A DNA stretch of 64,000 bases from Pseudomonadota bacterium (GTDB taxonomy: Bacteria > Bdellovibrionota_B > Oligoflexia > Oligoflexales > CAIMVM01): NCBI GenBank assembly GCA_037142195.1, contig JBAXBA010000006.1:1-64000 (forward strand), given 5' to 3'. The translations under genes were made by a program, and so were the position numbers. How positions within the stretch are numbered: the stretch's first letter is position 1; every line of letters starts with the position of its first letter. Below the pieces are notes generated by a model. The model saw nothing but the letters and a program-made list of their open reading frames with translations. It did no database searches and had not been told where the DNA came from. Of this stretch, positions 35,869 to 45,711 are shown one piece after another.

Positions 35869-38274
35869 TTATTGACAGGCTTCACATGCTTCTGGGTTTT
35901 CTAGGGAACAGCTAATCGCCTGCGCGTCGGTATATCCTGTGGCATTTATTTCTGATTCCGAAGAGCCAACGGTCGTCTTCGCGATTTTAGTTGCTCCTCG
36001 AGATCTTAAATAGTAGGTCGTTTTTAGGCCTTTTTTCCAAGCGTAGGCATACATCGAGGAAACTTTTCCGATGGTAGGGCTTTCCATAAACAAGTTTAGG
36101 GACTGACTTTGATCGATATAAGCTCCACGTGATGCTGCCATGTCGATTAAAGATTTCATGGGTAGTTCCCAAACGGTTCTGTATGTCTTTCTAATGACCT
36201 CTGGAATTTCTTCAAACCCTTGAATTGAGCCCTCAGCAAGCTTTATTTTTTCTTTCATTTCTTTAGTCCACAGATTCAATTTTCGAAGCTCGTGTACTAA
36301 ATAGGTGTTGACTTGAAGAAACTCACCAGACAGGGTTTCACGCTTAAATAAGTTTGAAATTTGCGGTTCAATGCACTCATAGGAGCCTGTTATGGAAGCT
36401 ATGGTTGCAGTCGGAGCAATGGCAATTAAAAGACTATTGCGAAGACCATATTTGGTGATGTCTCCTTTAAGTAAGTCAAATCTTTCCTTAGAGGCTGGGG
36501 TAATATCCCAAAAATCAAACTGAAGCTTTCCTTCTGCAGCTCGGGTTTCTGAAAAACTTGGGTGTGGACCGAATTTTCTAGCGAGCTCATTCGATTCTAC
36601 GAGAGAGTGATAATAAATTTCTTCTTGAATTCTTGTGGAAAGTTCAAGGGCCTGCTCAGAATCAAAGGGTAGTTGCATCTGGAAGAACACATTTTGTAAG
36701 CCCATGATACCTAAGCCGACTGGACGCCATCTTGCATTTGAGGTTGCCGCGGAGTTGATGGGATAGAAATTTATGTCGACAACTCGATCCAGATATCTGA
36801 CGGCAATTCTGACATTCTTGCCCAGCTTGTCAAATTGGAATTGTCCATTTTCTACATACTTTGCAAGATTTAAGGAGCCGAGATTACATACCGCGGTCTC
36901 GCTGTTATCTGTTACTTCCAGGATTTCAGTGCAGAGATTCGACAGGTGAATTACGTTTTCTTTTTTTGCGGTTTGATTCGATTTGAGGTTTGAGGCGTCT
37001 TTAAAGGTCATCCAGCCATTGCCGGTTTGGGCGAGAGTACGCATCATCTTGCCATAAAGATCGCGGGCCTTCATAACCTTCTTTGCAATACCGTTCTTTT
37101 CAGCAAGGGAATAAGCTGACTCAAATTCATTGCCGAAGAGATCTACAAGCTCGGGGACATCATTGGGATCAAAAAGTGACCAATTTCCATCCTCCTCAAC
37201 GCGCTTCATAAACAAATCTGGAATCCAATTTGCAATATTGAGATTGTGCGCTCTTAACGCTTCATCTCCCGTGTTTTCACGAAGGTCAAGGAAATCTATT
37301 GTGTCAGCATGCCACGGCTCTAGGTATACGCATGCGGCACCTTTGCGCTTTCCACCTTGGTTTACCGCCGCTACTGAAGAGTCTAAGGTTTTTAGAAAGG
37401 GAATGATTCCATTGGACTTGCCATTTGTGCCCTTGATAAGTGAGCCTCTAGAGCGCACTCTGGAATAGGCTAGTCCGATGCCTCCCGCAAATTTGGAAAG
37501 CATCGCTACATCCATATATTTGGTATAAATGCTTTCTAAACTGTCTTGTGGGGAATCTAACAGGTAGCAAGAAGACATTTGAGGGTGAAGGGTCCCAGAA
37601 TTAAATAAAGTCGGTGTAGAAGGCATATATTCAAAGGAGCTCATCAATTGGTAAAACTCTAAAACTTCGTTAACATCTTCTGCAAGGCCACAAGCCACAC
37701 GCATGAAAAAGAATTGAGGCGTTTCAATAACGGTTCTATTTGAGGGATCTTTCAAAAGGTATCGGTCGAAAATAGTTCTAAGGCCGAAGTACTCGAATAA
37801 ATCGCAACGTTCTTCCAAAATGGCTGCATTAAAGATATTAGAGTTTTCTGCCACGAATCTCGCTGTTTTTTCTGCGATAAGACCAACTTTATAGCCATGC
37901 ATTACGGAAGCTGAAAATGAGTGAATGCCTAAGGTGCTCACTTCCTTATCTATGTAGTCTGTCAGCAAGCGGGCGGCAAGTTTTGAGTACTCTGGATCTT
38001 CACCAATCATCATAGCAGCTGTTTGCATAAGAAGGCTATCAAGCTCGGTGGTTGTAACCCCGTCGTAAATGCCGCTAATGGCCTTAGAGGCGATCAGATA
38101 AGGATTGATATGACTCAGCCCAGCGCCATAGCGGGCTACTTTTTTCGTGATTTGAATGACATCTACAGGCTCCATGGATCCATCGCGCTTCTTTACGCTC
38201 ATGGTAGGCTCAGCTGTTCCGAATAAAAATGGGTTCTTCGGATTGGATTGGATAGCATCGTTTGTAATAGTCAT
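35869..38274 (-). CDS. nrdA: Class Ia ribonucleotide reductase alpha subunit with ATP cone
   Basis: VKKRDG ATP cone, TPTLFNSG, SSCYL, SNLCTEI, VCNLGS, APTAT, KTTYYLR, C-terminal CEAC. Confidence 0.97.
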   Translation of the reverse strand: MTITNDAIQSNPKNPFLFGTAEPTMSVKKRDGSMEPVDVIQITKKVARYGAGLSHINPYLIASKAISGIYDGVTTTELDSLLMQTAAMMIGEDPEYSKLAARLLTDYIDKEVSTLGIHSFSASVMHGYKVGLIAEKTARFVAENSNIFNAAILEERCDLFEYFGLRTIFDRYLLKDPSNRTVIETPQFFFMRVACGLAEDVNEVLEFYQLMSSFEYMPSTPTLFNSGTLHPQMSSCYLLDSPQDSLESIYTKYMDVAMLSKFAGGIGLAYSRVRSRGSLIKGTNGKSNGIIPFLKTLDSSVAAVNQGGKRKGAACVYLEPWHADTIDFLDLRENTGDEALRAHNLNIANWIPDLFMKRVEEDGNWSLFDPNDVPELVDLFGNEFESAYSLAEKNGIAKKVMKARDLYGKMMRTLAQTGNGWMTFKDASNLKSNQTAKKENVIHLSNLCTEILEVTDNSETAVCNLGSLNLAKYVENGQFQFDKLGKNVRIAVRYLDRVVDINFYPINSAATSNARWRPVGLGIMGLQNVFFQMQLPFDSEQALELSTRIQEEIYYHSLVESNELARKFGPHPSFSETRAAEGKLQFDFWDITPASKERFDLLKGDITKYGLRNSLLIAIAPTATIASITGSYECIEPQISNLFKRETLSGEFLQVNTYLVHELRKLNLWTKEMKEKIKLAEGSIQGFEEIPEVIRKTYRTVWELPMKSLIDMAASRGAYIDQSQSLNLFMESPTIGKVSSMYAYAWKKGLKTTYYLRSRGATKIAKTTVGSSESEINATGYTDAQAISCSLENPEACEACQ

Positions 38275-38367
38275 TTTAAGTCTCCATTTAGGAACACATA
38301 TCGCCTTTTGGCTATTTCCAGTCGCCAGGTGGAAGCAATCAAGGTCTGTATGTGTGTGTTACATCTG

Positions 38368-38415
38368 AAAGCATATCTAGTGTCTATCCAGGCGGTCAAC
38401 CACTAAATGTAGTGT
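38368..38415. promoter_or_regulatory. Tandem NrdR boxes
   Basis: AAAGCATATCTAGTGT (38368) and CCACTAAATGTAGTGT (38400), 32 bp apart, upstream of nrdA; they fit acaCwAtATaTwGtgt. Confidence 0.85.
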
Positions 38416-38635
38416 TTTTTAAAGTGCATGCGCCCCAGTGCCTTGGTCGAAGAAAATTTTTCAATCCTATGAATATCAAGTACTTCAGCCTGGTCATAAC
38501 GTGAGCTGCTTGATTTTCAACATGAACAAGCAGGCGACTCTAGTTTTTGGCGCAAGAATCTGCTCTACTAGCTAGCAGTGACGGCTGTATTTGCACAGTA
38601 AATAGCTAACTAGATGATTAGTAAAAAGGCTCCTT

Positions 38636-39406
38636 ATGAATCAAAAAAGTAAAATATTTCATTTGACACTTGGCGATCATGGCCCCTGGGTGACTCTTAT
38701 CAATGGCCATGCTCGCACACATAGAGATTTTAGAAATCTGTCCCAACAGCTGATTAACCATGGCTTTCGAGTGCTACTTCTAGACAATCGAGGAAGCGGT
38801 GATTCTACAGTAGAAGAACCATTTGAAATGACAGATATGGTGCAAGATGTAGTCGATTTATGGACACAACTTGAAATTACATCGAGCTATGTTTTAGGAA
38901 TATCTATGGGGGGTATGATCGCCCTTTCTCTCGCGACAAGCTCCAATATACCAAAAGCTTTGATATTGGTTTCCACCGCAGCGAGCTTAGAGTTCTATCG
39001 CGCAAATATCTCAGAGTGGGCTACAGATCAGCAAGGCGTAATATCTCAATTGAAACCTTATTTTGATCTTAATTTTTTTGAATCGAATAAACTTCTTGTA
39101 GCAGCGATGGCAAAGCAGCTTGTTCAGTCCCATCAGGCGGACCATAGTCAAAATACCCTGCAAAGGGCCGCCATTAAAAGATTTCAATTGGAAGATGACA
39201 AGATTGCAGGGATTCAAATTCCAACTTTGGTGATCCATGGGGAGGAGGATCAAATTATTTCTTCCAAGGCTGCAGATCATATCCAAGAAAAGATTAAAGG
39301 GTCTGTCAATCTTAGATACCAACAAACGGGCCATCTCATTTTGGCTGAGAGACCCACTCGGTTCTACGAAGATGTTATAAAATTTCTTAAATCCCAGAAT
39401 GGATAA
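38636..39406 (+). CDS. Alpha/beta hydrolase
   Basis: DNRGSGDS, GISMGG nucleophile elbow, IPTLVIHGEED, TGHL. Confidence 0.92.
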   Translation: MNQKSKIFHLTLGDHGPWVTLINGHARTHRDFRNLSQQLINHGFRVLLLDNRGSGDSTVEEPFEMTDMVQDVVDLWTQLEITSSYVLGISMGGMIALSLATSSNIPKALILVSTAASLEFYRANISEWATDQQGVISQLKPYFDLNFFESNKLLVAAMAKQLVQSHQADHSQNTLQRAAIKRFQLEDDKIAGIQIPTLVIHGEEDQIISSKAADHIQEKIKGSVNLRYQQTGHLILAERPTRFYEDVIKFLKSQNG

Positions 39407-39989
39407 ATTTTTTAACGAGTTCCACTTCGCTACGGGCCATGCCCAAACGCTTTGATACAGCGTCTACGGTGTTTCCTGAGCTTAAAAGCACTCTTGCATC
39501 CTCATACTTCTTATCTTGAATATCGTCTAAGGCGCCTTGATAACTCTCTTTTTTCCCAAAAAATTTTGTGAGATCCTCAGCTCTGGCCACTGCGCGCTCA
39601 ATAGACTCTCTTTCCGATTTAATTTTCTTGTATTGGAGATCTAGAGCGCCTTGGCGTTGAGCCAATTCTTTAAGGGGGCCATCAAAACGAACAGAAATCT
39701 GCCTAGAAATATCCTCTACGGAACTTTGCATTCCCACATTGATCTTGGATACTTCCTGCTCAGCTTCGGCGGCCAAATGGCTAAAGCGATTAAAGAGTTC
39801 TTTTTGGCGTGTTTCAGCCGATTGAATCTCTGATCGCATTCTGTCGTGCATATCTTTTAAAAGAAATCTTTCTTCAGTTAGATCAGAAATCGTGGCTTCA
39901 TGGGCGTTTTGCCGCCGCGTCAACCGAAGAATCACAACGAGTAAGGCAATGTCAGCAAAAATGAGAGCTATAACAGGCAAGTTGCTCAC
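39387..39989 (-). CDS. Membrane-anchored coiled-coil protein with C-terminal HTH-like motif (DUF2802/DUF6115-like)
   Basis: N-terminal TM, coiled coil, C-terminal GNTVDAVSKRLGMARSEVELV; GTG start overlapping the upstream stop. Confidence 0.7.
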   Translation of the reverse strand: MSNLPVIALIFADIALLVVILRLTRRQNAHEATISDLTEERFLLKDMHDRMRSEIQSAETRQKELFNRFSHLAAEAEQEVSKINVGMQSSVEDISRQISVRFDGPLKELAQRQGALDLQYKKIKSERESIERAVARAEDLTKFFGKKESYQGALDDIQDKKYEDARVLLSSGNTVDAVSKRLGMARSEVELVKKFIHSGI

Positions 39990-40399
39990 TTACCCTCCTG
40001 TAGAAAGTCTCGCAGTACTTTCTCATCAACTTGGTCGATATTGACAGTTTGAACGGTTACAACCTTCTTTCGACCTCTTTTTCCGATGTCCTCTGTCTTT
40101 ACGACCCGGGCCAAAACCTTAAAAGTATCAGGAGCGTTAATTCTGGTATAGTCGACAAATTGCTGTTTTCGAGACCAATAGTTGGGGAGCTTCACTTCAA
40201 TTTTGAGCAAGGTGCCTTCGCCATAATCGGCAGGCGCTTGAAATTCCAAACCATGTGGACTAATGAAGGAGGTTTGAATTTTGTCATTATTGGGCGCAGC
40301 ATTATCTTCAATATTATAGGGACTAACCTGAATTGCTACTTTGCGATTTGAAGATGGAAATTGGGTGATGAGATCCAAATTGAATTCAGTCTTTGACAT
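39986..40399 (-). CDS. PilZ-like beta-barrel protein
   Basis: ISPHGLEF, GTLLKIEVKLP, VLARVVK and a final helix DEKVLRDFL; the canonical RxxxR / DxSxxG motifs are degenerate. Confidence 0.6.
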   Translation of the reverse strand: MSKTEFNLDLITQFPSSNRKVAIQVSPYNIEDNAAPNNDKIQTSFISPHGLEFQAPADYGEGTLLKIEVKLPNYWSRKQQFVDYTRINAPDTFKVLARVVKTEDIGKRGRKKVVTVQTVNIDQVDEKVLRDFLQEGK

Positions 40400-40423
40400 A
40401 TTCGTGACTCCCTCTTTTTCAAG

Positions 40424-40834
40424 TTAAGCTGGTTTTTTAGCTGCCAGATTTTGGAAGACTTTCGCCATTTTTTCTTTAAGGGTGGCAGCAGTAAATGGCT
40501 TCACCACATAGTTACTGACCCCACTCTTTACAGCTTCAATAATATTTTCTTTTTCAGCTTCTGCGGTTACCATTAAGAAAGGCAAATGCTTAAATTTTTC
40601 ATCAGCTCTAACGGTCTTAAGAAGCTCAAGACCTGTCATATTGGGCATATTCCAATCCGAAACTATAAATTCAATATCGGGAGTTGCTTTTAGCATTTTG
40701 TAAGCCAATTCTCCATCTTCAGCCTCAATGATATTGGTATACCCAAGTTGACGAAGAAGCGTTTTTACAATTCTTCTCATGGTGGGAAAGTCGTCAACTA
40801 CAAGAATCTTCATATCTGGTTTTCCAAGCGCCAT
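40424..40834 (-). CDS. cheY: Chemotaxis response regulator CheY
   Basis: [36 protein letters not shown]. Confidence 0.95.
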   Translation of the reverse strand: MALGKPDMKILVVDDFPTMRRIVKTLLRQLGYTNIIEAEDGELAYKMLKATPDIEFIVSDWNMPNMTGLELLKTVRADEKFKHLPFLMVTAEAEKENIIEAVKSGVSNYVVKPFTAATLKEKMAKVFQNLAAKKPA

Positions 40835-40848
40835 TTTTTACCCCTTTA

Positions 40849-41613
40849 TTATTCTTCTGAAATTAAATTTTTAAGTCTAGATCTTAGTTTCTCTACGGCC
40901 TGCGTGTGTAATTGACTTACACGAGATTCAGTAACGTCCAAAATACGTCCTATTTCTTTGAGGTTTAGATCCTCAAAGTAATACAGTGAAAGAACTAGCC
41001 TTTGCTTTTCTGGCAAATCGCCAATTTTTTTCTTGAGATCCTCTTCAATCCCTTTGCTTTTTAAGTGTTGGTAGGGATTCTTTATATTTGGATTCTCAAG
41101 GACTTCTAAAAGGCTCTTTTTGTCCGGTTGGGTCGGGGAAGACAACTCGTCGACAGACAACAGTTGTACGCCCTTAACTTTAGAAACAATGTCATAATAG
41201 TCGTCTAGTCTTATTCCCATAGCATCTGAAAGTTCCGAATCTGAGACTGAACGCCCATAGCGTTGTTCCAGCTCTTGATTGGTGCGTTCCATTTTTTTTG
41301 CTTTGTCACGCACAGAACGTGGCACCCAATCTTGGGACCGGAGCTCGTCTAGAATAGCCCCCCTGATCCGAAACTCCGCGTAGGTCTTGAATTTATTGTC
41401 ACGGCTCGGATCATATTTTTCAATAGCATCCATGAGACCAATTACACCGGCGCTAATTAAATCGTCGATTTCAATGTTTGAAGGCAGTCGCGAGGAGATC
41501 CTTTGGGCGACGTAGCGAATAAGTGGCGCATAGTCCATGATCAATTGATCGCGTAGCTTTCCATCGACACCGCTAGTGTCTTGCTTGTATCGTTTTATTA
41601 AACCCTTACTCAT
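40849..41613 (-). CDS. fliA: RNA polymerase sigma28
   Basis: DDLISAGVIGL, FKTYAEFRIRGAILDELR..DWVPRSVR, LKEIG..L.VTESRVSQLH. Confidence 0.97.
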   Translation of the reverse strand: MSKGLIKRYKQDTSGVDGKLRDQLIMDYAPLIRYVAQRISSRLPSNIEIDDLISAGVIGLMDAIEKYDPSRDNKFKTYAEFRIRGAILDELRSQDWVPRSVRDKAKKMERTNQELEQRYGRSVSDSELSDAMGIRLDDYYDIVSKVKGVQLLSVDELSSPTQPDKKSLLEVLENPNIKNPYQHLKSKGIEEDLKKKIGDLPEKQRLVLSLYYFEDLNLKEIGRILDVTESRVSQLHTQAVEKLRSRLKNLISEE

Positions 41614-41628
41614 CTATTGGCTCCGAGT

Positions 41629-42423
41629 CTAATATTCCAGGCCTAAGCCCAGAGATGGTTGTTGAAACCGAATATTGGGTTCGGCAGTGAACTCAGAAAG
41701 CTTGTGAGATATCTTTGCCCAGGCACACCCAGCAAGTGTCTGAAAGGAAAACGACGCTTCACTAGTTCTTCGTCGAAGCAGCGCCGAAACTTGGGGGTCT
41801 GAGGGCACGCTGCCCAAATAGTTTGGTCTGAAACCTAGAAATGTTTCACTGACATCAGCGATTCGAGAAAAAGCCTTTTCTCCCTCTTCCGAGGTCCGCA
41901 CCTGATTTACTAAAATGGATATATTTGTTTCGCGGCTAGACTCACTGAGAATTTTAATTAGGGCATAGGCATCAGTCATGGCATGAGTTTCAGGAGTAGT
42001 GACGACTATGCTTTGGTCGGAAACTTCATTCATCTCTATTACCGTTGGTGAGATGCCGGCTCCCGCATCAATAATGGTGACATCAAAGTGGCAAGCTAGA
42101 GATTTGATATAAGACATAAACATTAATTTATCTGTTTCTCTCATTTGTGAAAGTTGTGATATTCCACTACCGCCGTGCAATATTTTGATGCCTAATGGTC
42201 CTTCTTCTAAAGCCTCAAACGGATCTACCGTTCCATTAAAGACATCTAATATATTGTAGCGGGGCTTAATTCCCATCACAACATCGACATTAGAAAGACC
42301 TACGTCACCATCCACAATTAATACACTTTTTCCGGATTTTTTGAGAGAAAGAGCAAAATACACAGATGATAAAGTTTTGCCTACTCCACCCTTACCACTC
42401 GATATACAATAAATTGATGACAC
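41629..42423 (-). CDS. flhG: MinD-like flagellar number regulator
   Basis: SSGKGGVGKT, DGDVGLSNVD, IIDAGAGIS, VTTPE..AMTDAYALIK; located between flhF and fliA. Confidence 0.92.
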   Translation of the reverse strand: MSSIYCISSGKGGVGKTLSSVYFALSLKKSGKSVLIVDGDVGLSNVDVVMGIKPRYNILDVFNGTVDPFEALEEGPLGIKILHGGSGISQLSQMRETDKLMFMSYIKSLACHFDVTIIDAGAGISPTVIEMNEVSDQSIVVTTPETHAMTDAYALIKILSESSRETNISILVNQVRTSEEGEKAFSRIADVSETFLGFRPNYLGSVPSDPQVSALLRRRTSEASFSFQTLAGCAWAKISHKLSEFTAEPNIRFQQPSLGLGLEY

Positions 42424-42439
42424 CTATGACTCCTGGATA

Positions 42440-43603
42440 TTAAAGTGAAAATATACGTTCAATGACTCGCTCACGACTGGCACGCTCGATCGAACCAGGC
42501 ACATTTTGCCCAGTGGAAAAGAAGCTCAATGGTAGTGACCATTTTTGAGATATGTTGTAGACATCTCCGTAGGTCCAGCATTCATCCATTCTAGAAAATA
42601 TCAAAGATGCCAAACCAATAGCGCTGAAACTTCGAACCGATCGATCAAGTTGAATTTGTTTTTCGGTGAGTGGTAGCACCAAGTGGACATCTACAGGAAA
42701 TCCCATTCTAGCGAATTCCTTGAAGTCAGATATCTGAGTTTCATTACGTGGATTGACGCCAGCAGTGTCGACTAATACAAGCTGAGCATCTCTATGATCC
42801 AAGACGACTTTTTTGAGCTCTGAAAGACCATCAATGGATGCGTAGCCTACTCCAAGAAGCTTGGCCATGAGGCGCAAGTGGTCTCCAGCGCCGACTTTAT
42901 GGTTATCTGCACTCACTAGAAGCACTTGGGCATCGCTCTCCTTTTTGGCCATGGCGGCCAGCTTAGCAATGGCTGTGGACTTTCCGGAGCCTGAGTTTCC
43001 TACAAACGCATGAACGCAAGTCGAACCCTGTGAAATTGACCATTTTGGAGCAACTTTGATTCTTTTAAGCATCCAGAGAATGGCGTTTGATCGATAGAAA
43101 TCTAGACGCTCTGGAGCTGTCTTTAATGACTTCATTTCATCTTTGGGAAGAGAATTTAGAAAGTTAATCAGTGCTCCACAATGAGTCTCTTCCACGCCCA
43201 TTACAGATAGTTGGTGGTAGATGCTGGCAAGATCTTCCGATAGGTTCTCCAGCACGCCACCATCTTTCTTTCTTAGGGCTTCAAGGAGCAACATTTTAAC
43301 CTCTGACAGTCCACTCTCAAGGCGATGAAGATCATCATGGGTAGGAACCTTTTCAATGAGGCCATTGAGACGCGTCTCTAGGAGGGTCACATGGCTTCTC
43401 AACGCATCGTTTTTGTTCCCTTCATGGCTTGCAGTTTCGATTTTGGCACTAGAAGATGTTGCGCGAACCTCAAAGATTTTGCTTCGACCTCCCTCGATGG
43501 GCCGTTCTTTGGTCGTTAATATGACAGCGTCTTTTCCAAGCTCTTTTTTTACCGCTTTCATAGCGTCTGACATGGTAACACCTTCAAACTTTCTGACTTC
43601 CAT
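42440..43603 (-). CDS. flhF: Flagellar SRP-family GTPase
   Basis: N-terminal F...TMSDAMKAVKKELGKDAVIL, GNSGSGKST..KLA, VDTAG, SRMDE, TGQNVP. Confidence 0.92.
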   Translation of the reverse strand: MEVRKFEGVTMSDAMKAVKKELGKDAVILTTKERPIEGGRSKIFEVRATSSSAKIETASHEGNKNDALRSHVTLLETRLNGLIEKVPTHDDLHRLESGLSEVKMLLLEALRKKDGGVLENLSEDLASIYHQLSVMGVEETHCGALINFLNSLPKDEMKSLKTAPERLDFYRSNAILWMLKRIKVAPKWSISQGSTCVHAFVGNSGSGKSTAIAKLAAMAKKESDAQVLLVSADNHKVGAGDHLRLMAKLLGVGYASIDGLSELKKVVLDHRDAQLVLVDTAGVNPRNETQISDFKEFARMGFPVDVHLVLPLTEKQIQLDRSVRSFSAIGLASLIFSRMDECWTYGDVYNISQKWSLPLSFFSTGQNVPGSIERASRERVIERIFSL

Positions 43604-43620
43604 TAGGATCTCCCTTGCTG

Positions 43621-45711
43621 TTATATGCTAATTATGCCGAGGTTTTGTGTCTTTATGTCTGAGGGAACTTCGTCAAAAGCCAGCACTACCAATCCCGGAA
43701 TGAAGCGATTGACAAGCTTTTGAATGTCCCATCTAATTCTTGAGCCACAGAGTAGAATGGGAATGGTTCCTGCGGTCTGAAATTTGTCCATTCCTACAGC
43801 AATGTTATTGAGGAGCGTTTGGGCAATTTCAGGTTCGATGTTTAAAGCGGTGGTTCCATCCTCATTTTGATGAAGTCCAGAAATAAGAAGGTCTTCGACG
43901 GCCCGGTCAAGAGAGCAGACGATGAGCTTGGAATCTCCATCGAGATATTTTCTAGTGATAGATCTACCTAAAGCTTTTCTGACATGGCGAGTCAGGGCGT
44001 CAGGGTGTTTGATAGATCGACAGTGGTCTGCCATAGTCTCAAATACGGTTAAAAAGTCGCGAACGGAGACGTTTTCGGCGAGGAGATTTTGCATGATCTT
44101 CACAACGTCGCCAAGAGTAAGCCCATCAGTATGAATGACCTCTTCGACGACTTTTGGATATTTTTGCTTCAGTCCATCAATAAGTGATTGTGCCTCTTGA
44201 CGTCCCAGCAGTGCAGCACAGTTTTCACTGATGACTTTGGTGAGGTGGGTAACAATTACGGTAGAACAATTGACGACAGTATAGCCTCTAAAGGAGGCTT
44301 CGTCTTTTTGAGACGTCTTGATCCATACCGCATCAAGCCCGTAAGCCGGCTCTTTGGTCCTAAGTCCATCGAGAGGGTCAGATATCTCATCAGGGGCCAT
44401 TGCCATTAAGTAATCTGGCATCAGATTACCCGTAGCAATGGGATTGCCTTTGAGCATGATTTGATATTCTCCTGGCCTCAATTGAATATTGTCTCGTACC
44501 ATGATCATGGGTACGACGATCCCTAGGTCTTGGGCAAATTGCTTCCTAGATGAGACTATGCGCTCCAACACTTCTCCATCTTGTTCGGTGTCCACCAAAG
44601 GAATGAGACCAACTCCCACTTCAAGAGCAAGAATATCAACACTCAGAAACGCTTCCAAAGTTTCCTCATTTGTTTTTGCTTCTTCCTTGTTTTGTTTTGC
44701 ATTAATAGCGGCATCCTGCTCACGCTTTATAAGTTCTTTATCGGCGGATCTAGCCAAGAAGTAGCAGCTTAAGGCTAGAAACATAAATGGTAGAAAAGGA
44801 AGACCTGGGACCAAAGATAATATGGCCATTAGGGCAGAGGCAATGTAGAGCGGTTTTGGCTGTACTAGAAGCTGGGTGTTGATATCTTCAGAGAAGGCCT
44901 TTTCACTTGCGGCTCTTGTCACTACCATACCAGCTGCTACTGAGATAATTAGAGCAGGTATTTGACTTATGAGTCCATCACCCACAGTCAAGATGGTGTA
45001 CTTAGCCGCAGCGCTGGCAAGAGTCATATTGTGCTGCACCACGCCAATCAAGAGACCGACAACAACGTTGATGAGAGTGATGATAATTGCCGCGATAGCA
45101 TCGCCTTTTACGAATTTTGAGGCACCGTCCATGGCCCCGTAAAAGTCAGACTCGCGCTCAATTTTTGTCCGTCGACGCTTGGCTTCGTCTTTTTCAATCA
45201 AACCTGCATTGAGTTCGGCATCAATAGCCATCTGCTTTCCAGGCATAGCATCCAAGGTAAATCGTGCACCAACCTCTGCTACCCGGCCGGCACCTTTAGT
45301 GATAACCATAAAATTGATAACAATGAGAATTGCAAAAATGACAATACCCACAAAATAATTGCCCCCGACTACGAAATTTCCGAAGGAGGTTACAACGGCA
45401 CTTACTTCATCCTGAGGACCTGACAAAAGGATGGATCTTGTTGTTGCTACGTTTAGTGAAAGTCTAAAGAGGGTACTAATAAGCAAGATCGACGGAAAAG
45501 TCGAAAATTCTAGCGGCTCTCGAATGTAAACAGACACGAGTAGAATTAAGACACTGGCCGTTACAGATACTGATAGGAGAATGTCTAGTAAAAGCGGAGG
45601 AAGAGGAACGATCATCATAAAGACGACCGCTAGAATACCTACTGCTAGTTGGACATCTTTGCTTTTTAACATCGTTAAGAGATTGTTTTGATTTGTCGCA
45701 GCCTGCGCCAT
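43621..45711 (-). CDS. flhA: Flagellar export gate protein FlhA
   Basis: FRLSLNVATTR, ITKGAGRVAEVGARFTLDAMPGKQMAIDA, FYGAMDGASKFVKGD. Confidence 0.98.
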   Translation of the reverse strand: MAQAATNQNNLLTMLKSKDVQLAVGILAVVFMMIVPLPPLLLDILLSVSVTASVLILLVSVYIREPLEFSTFPSILLISTLFRLSLNVATTRSILLSGPQDEVSAVVTSFGNFVVGGNYFVGIVIFAILIVINFMVITKGAGRVAEVGARFTLDAMPGKQMAIDAELNAGLIEKDEAKRRRTKIERESDFYGAMDGASKFVKGDAIAAIIITLINVVVGLLIGVVQHNMTLASAAAKYTILTVGDGLISQIPALIISVAAGMVVTRAASEKAFSEDINTQLLVQPKPLYIASALMAILSLVPGLPFLPFMFLALSCYFLARSADKELIKREQDAAINAKQNKEEAKTNEETLEAFLSVDILALEVGVGLIPLVDTEQDGEVLERIVSSRKQFAQDLGIVVPMIMVRDNIQLRPGEYQIMLKGNPIATGNLMPDYLMAMAPDEISDPLDGLRTKEPAYGLDAVWIKTSQKDEASFRGYTVVNCSTVIVTHLTKVISENCAALLGRQEAQSLIDGLKQKYPKVVEEVIHTDGLTLGDVVKIMQNLLAENVSVRDFLTVFETMADHCRSIKHPDALTRHVRKALGRSITRKYLDGDSKLIVCSLDRAVEDLLISGLHQNEDGTTALNIEPEIAQTLLNNIAVGMDKFQTAGTIPILLCGSRIRWDIQKLVNRFIPGLVVLAFDEVPSDIKTQNLGIISI

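Noticed and set aside
38280..38620. Cobalamin riboswitch upstream of nrdA
   Set aside because: No recognisable B12-box or core motifs; NrdR boxes explain the region. An Rfam scan would settle it.
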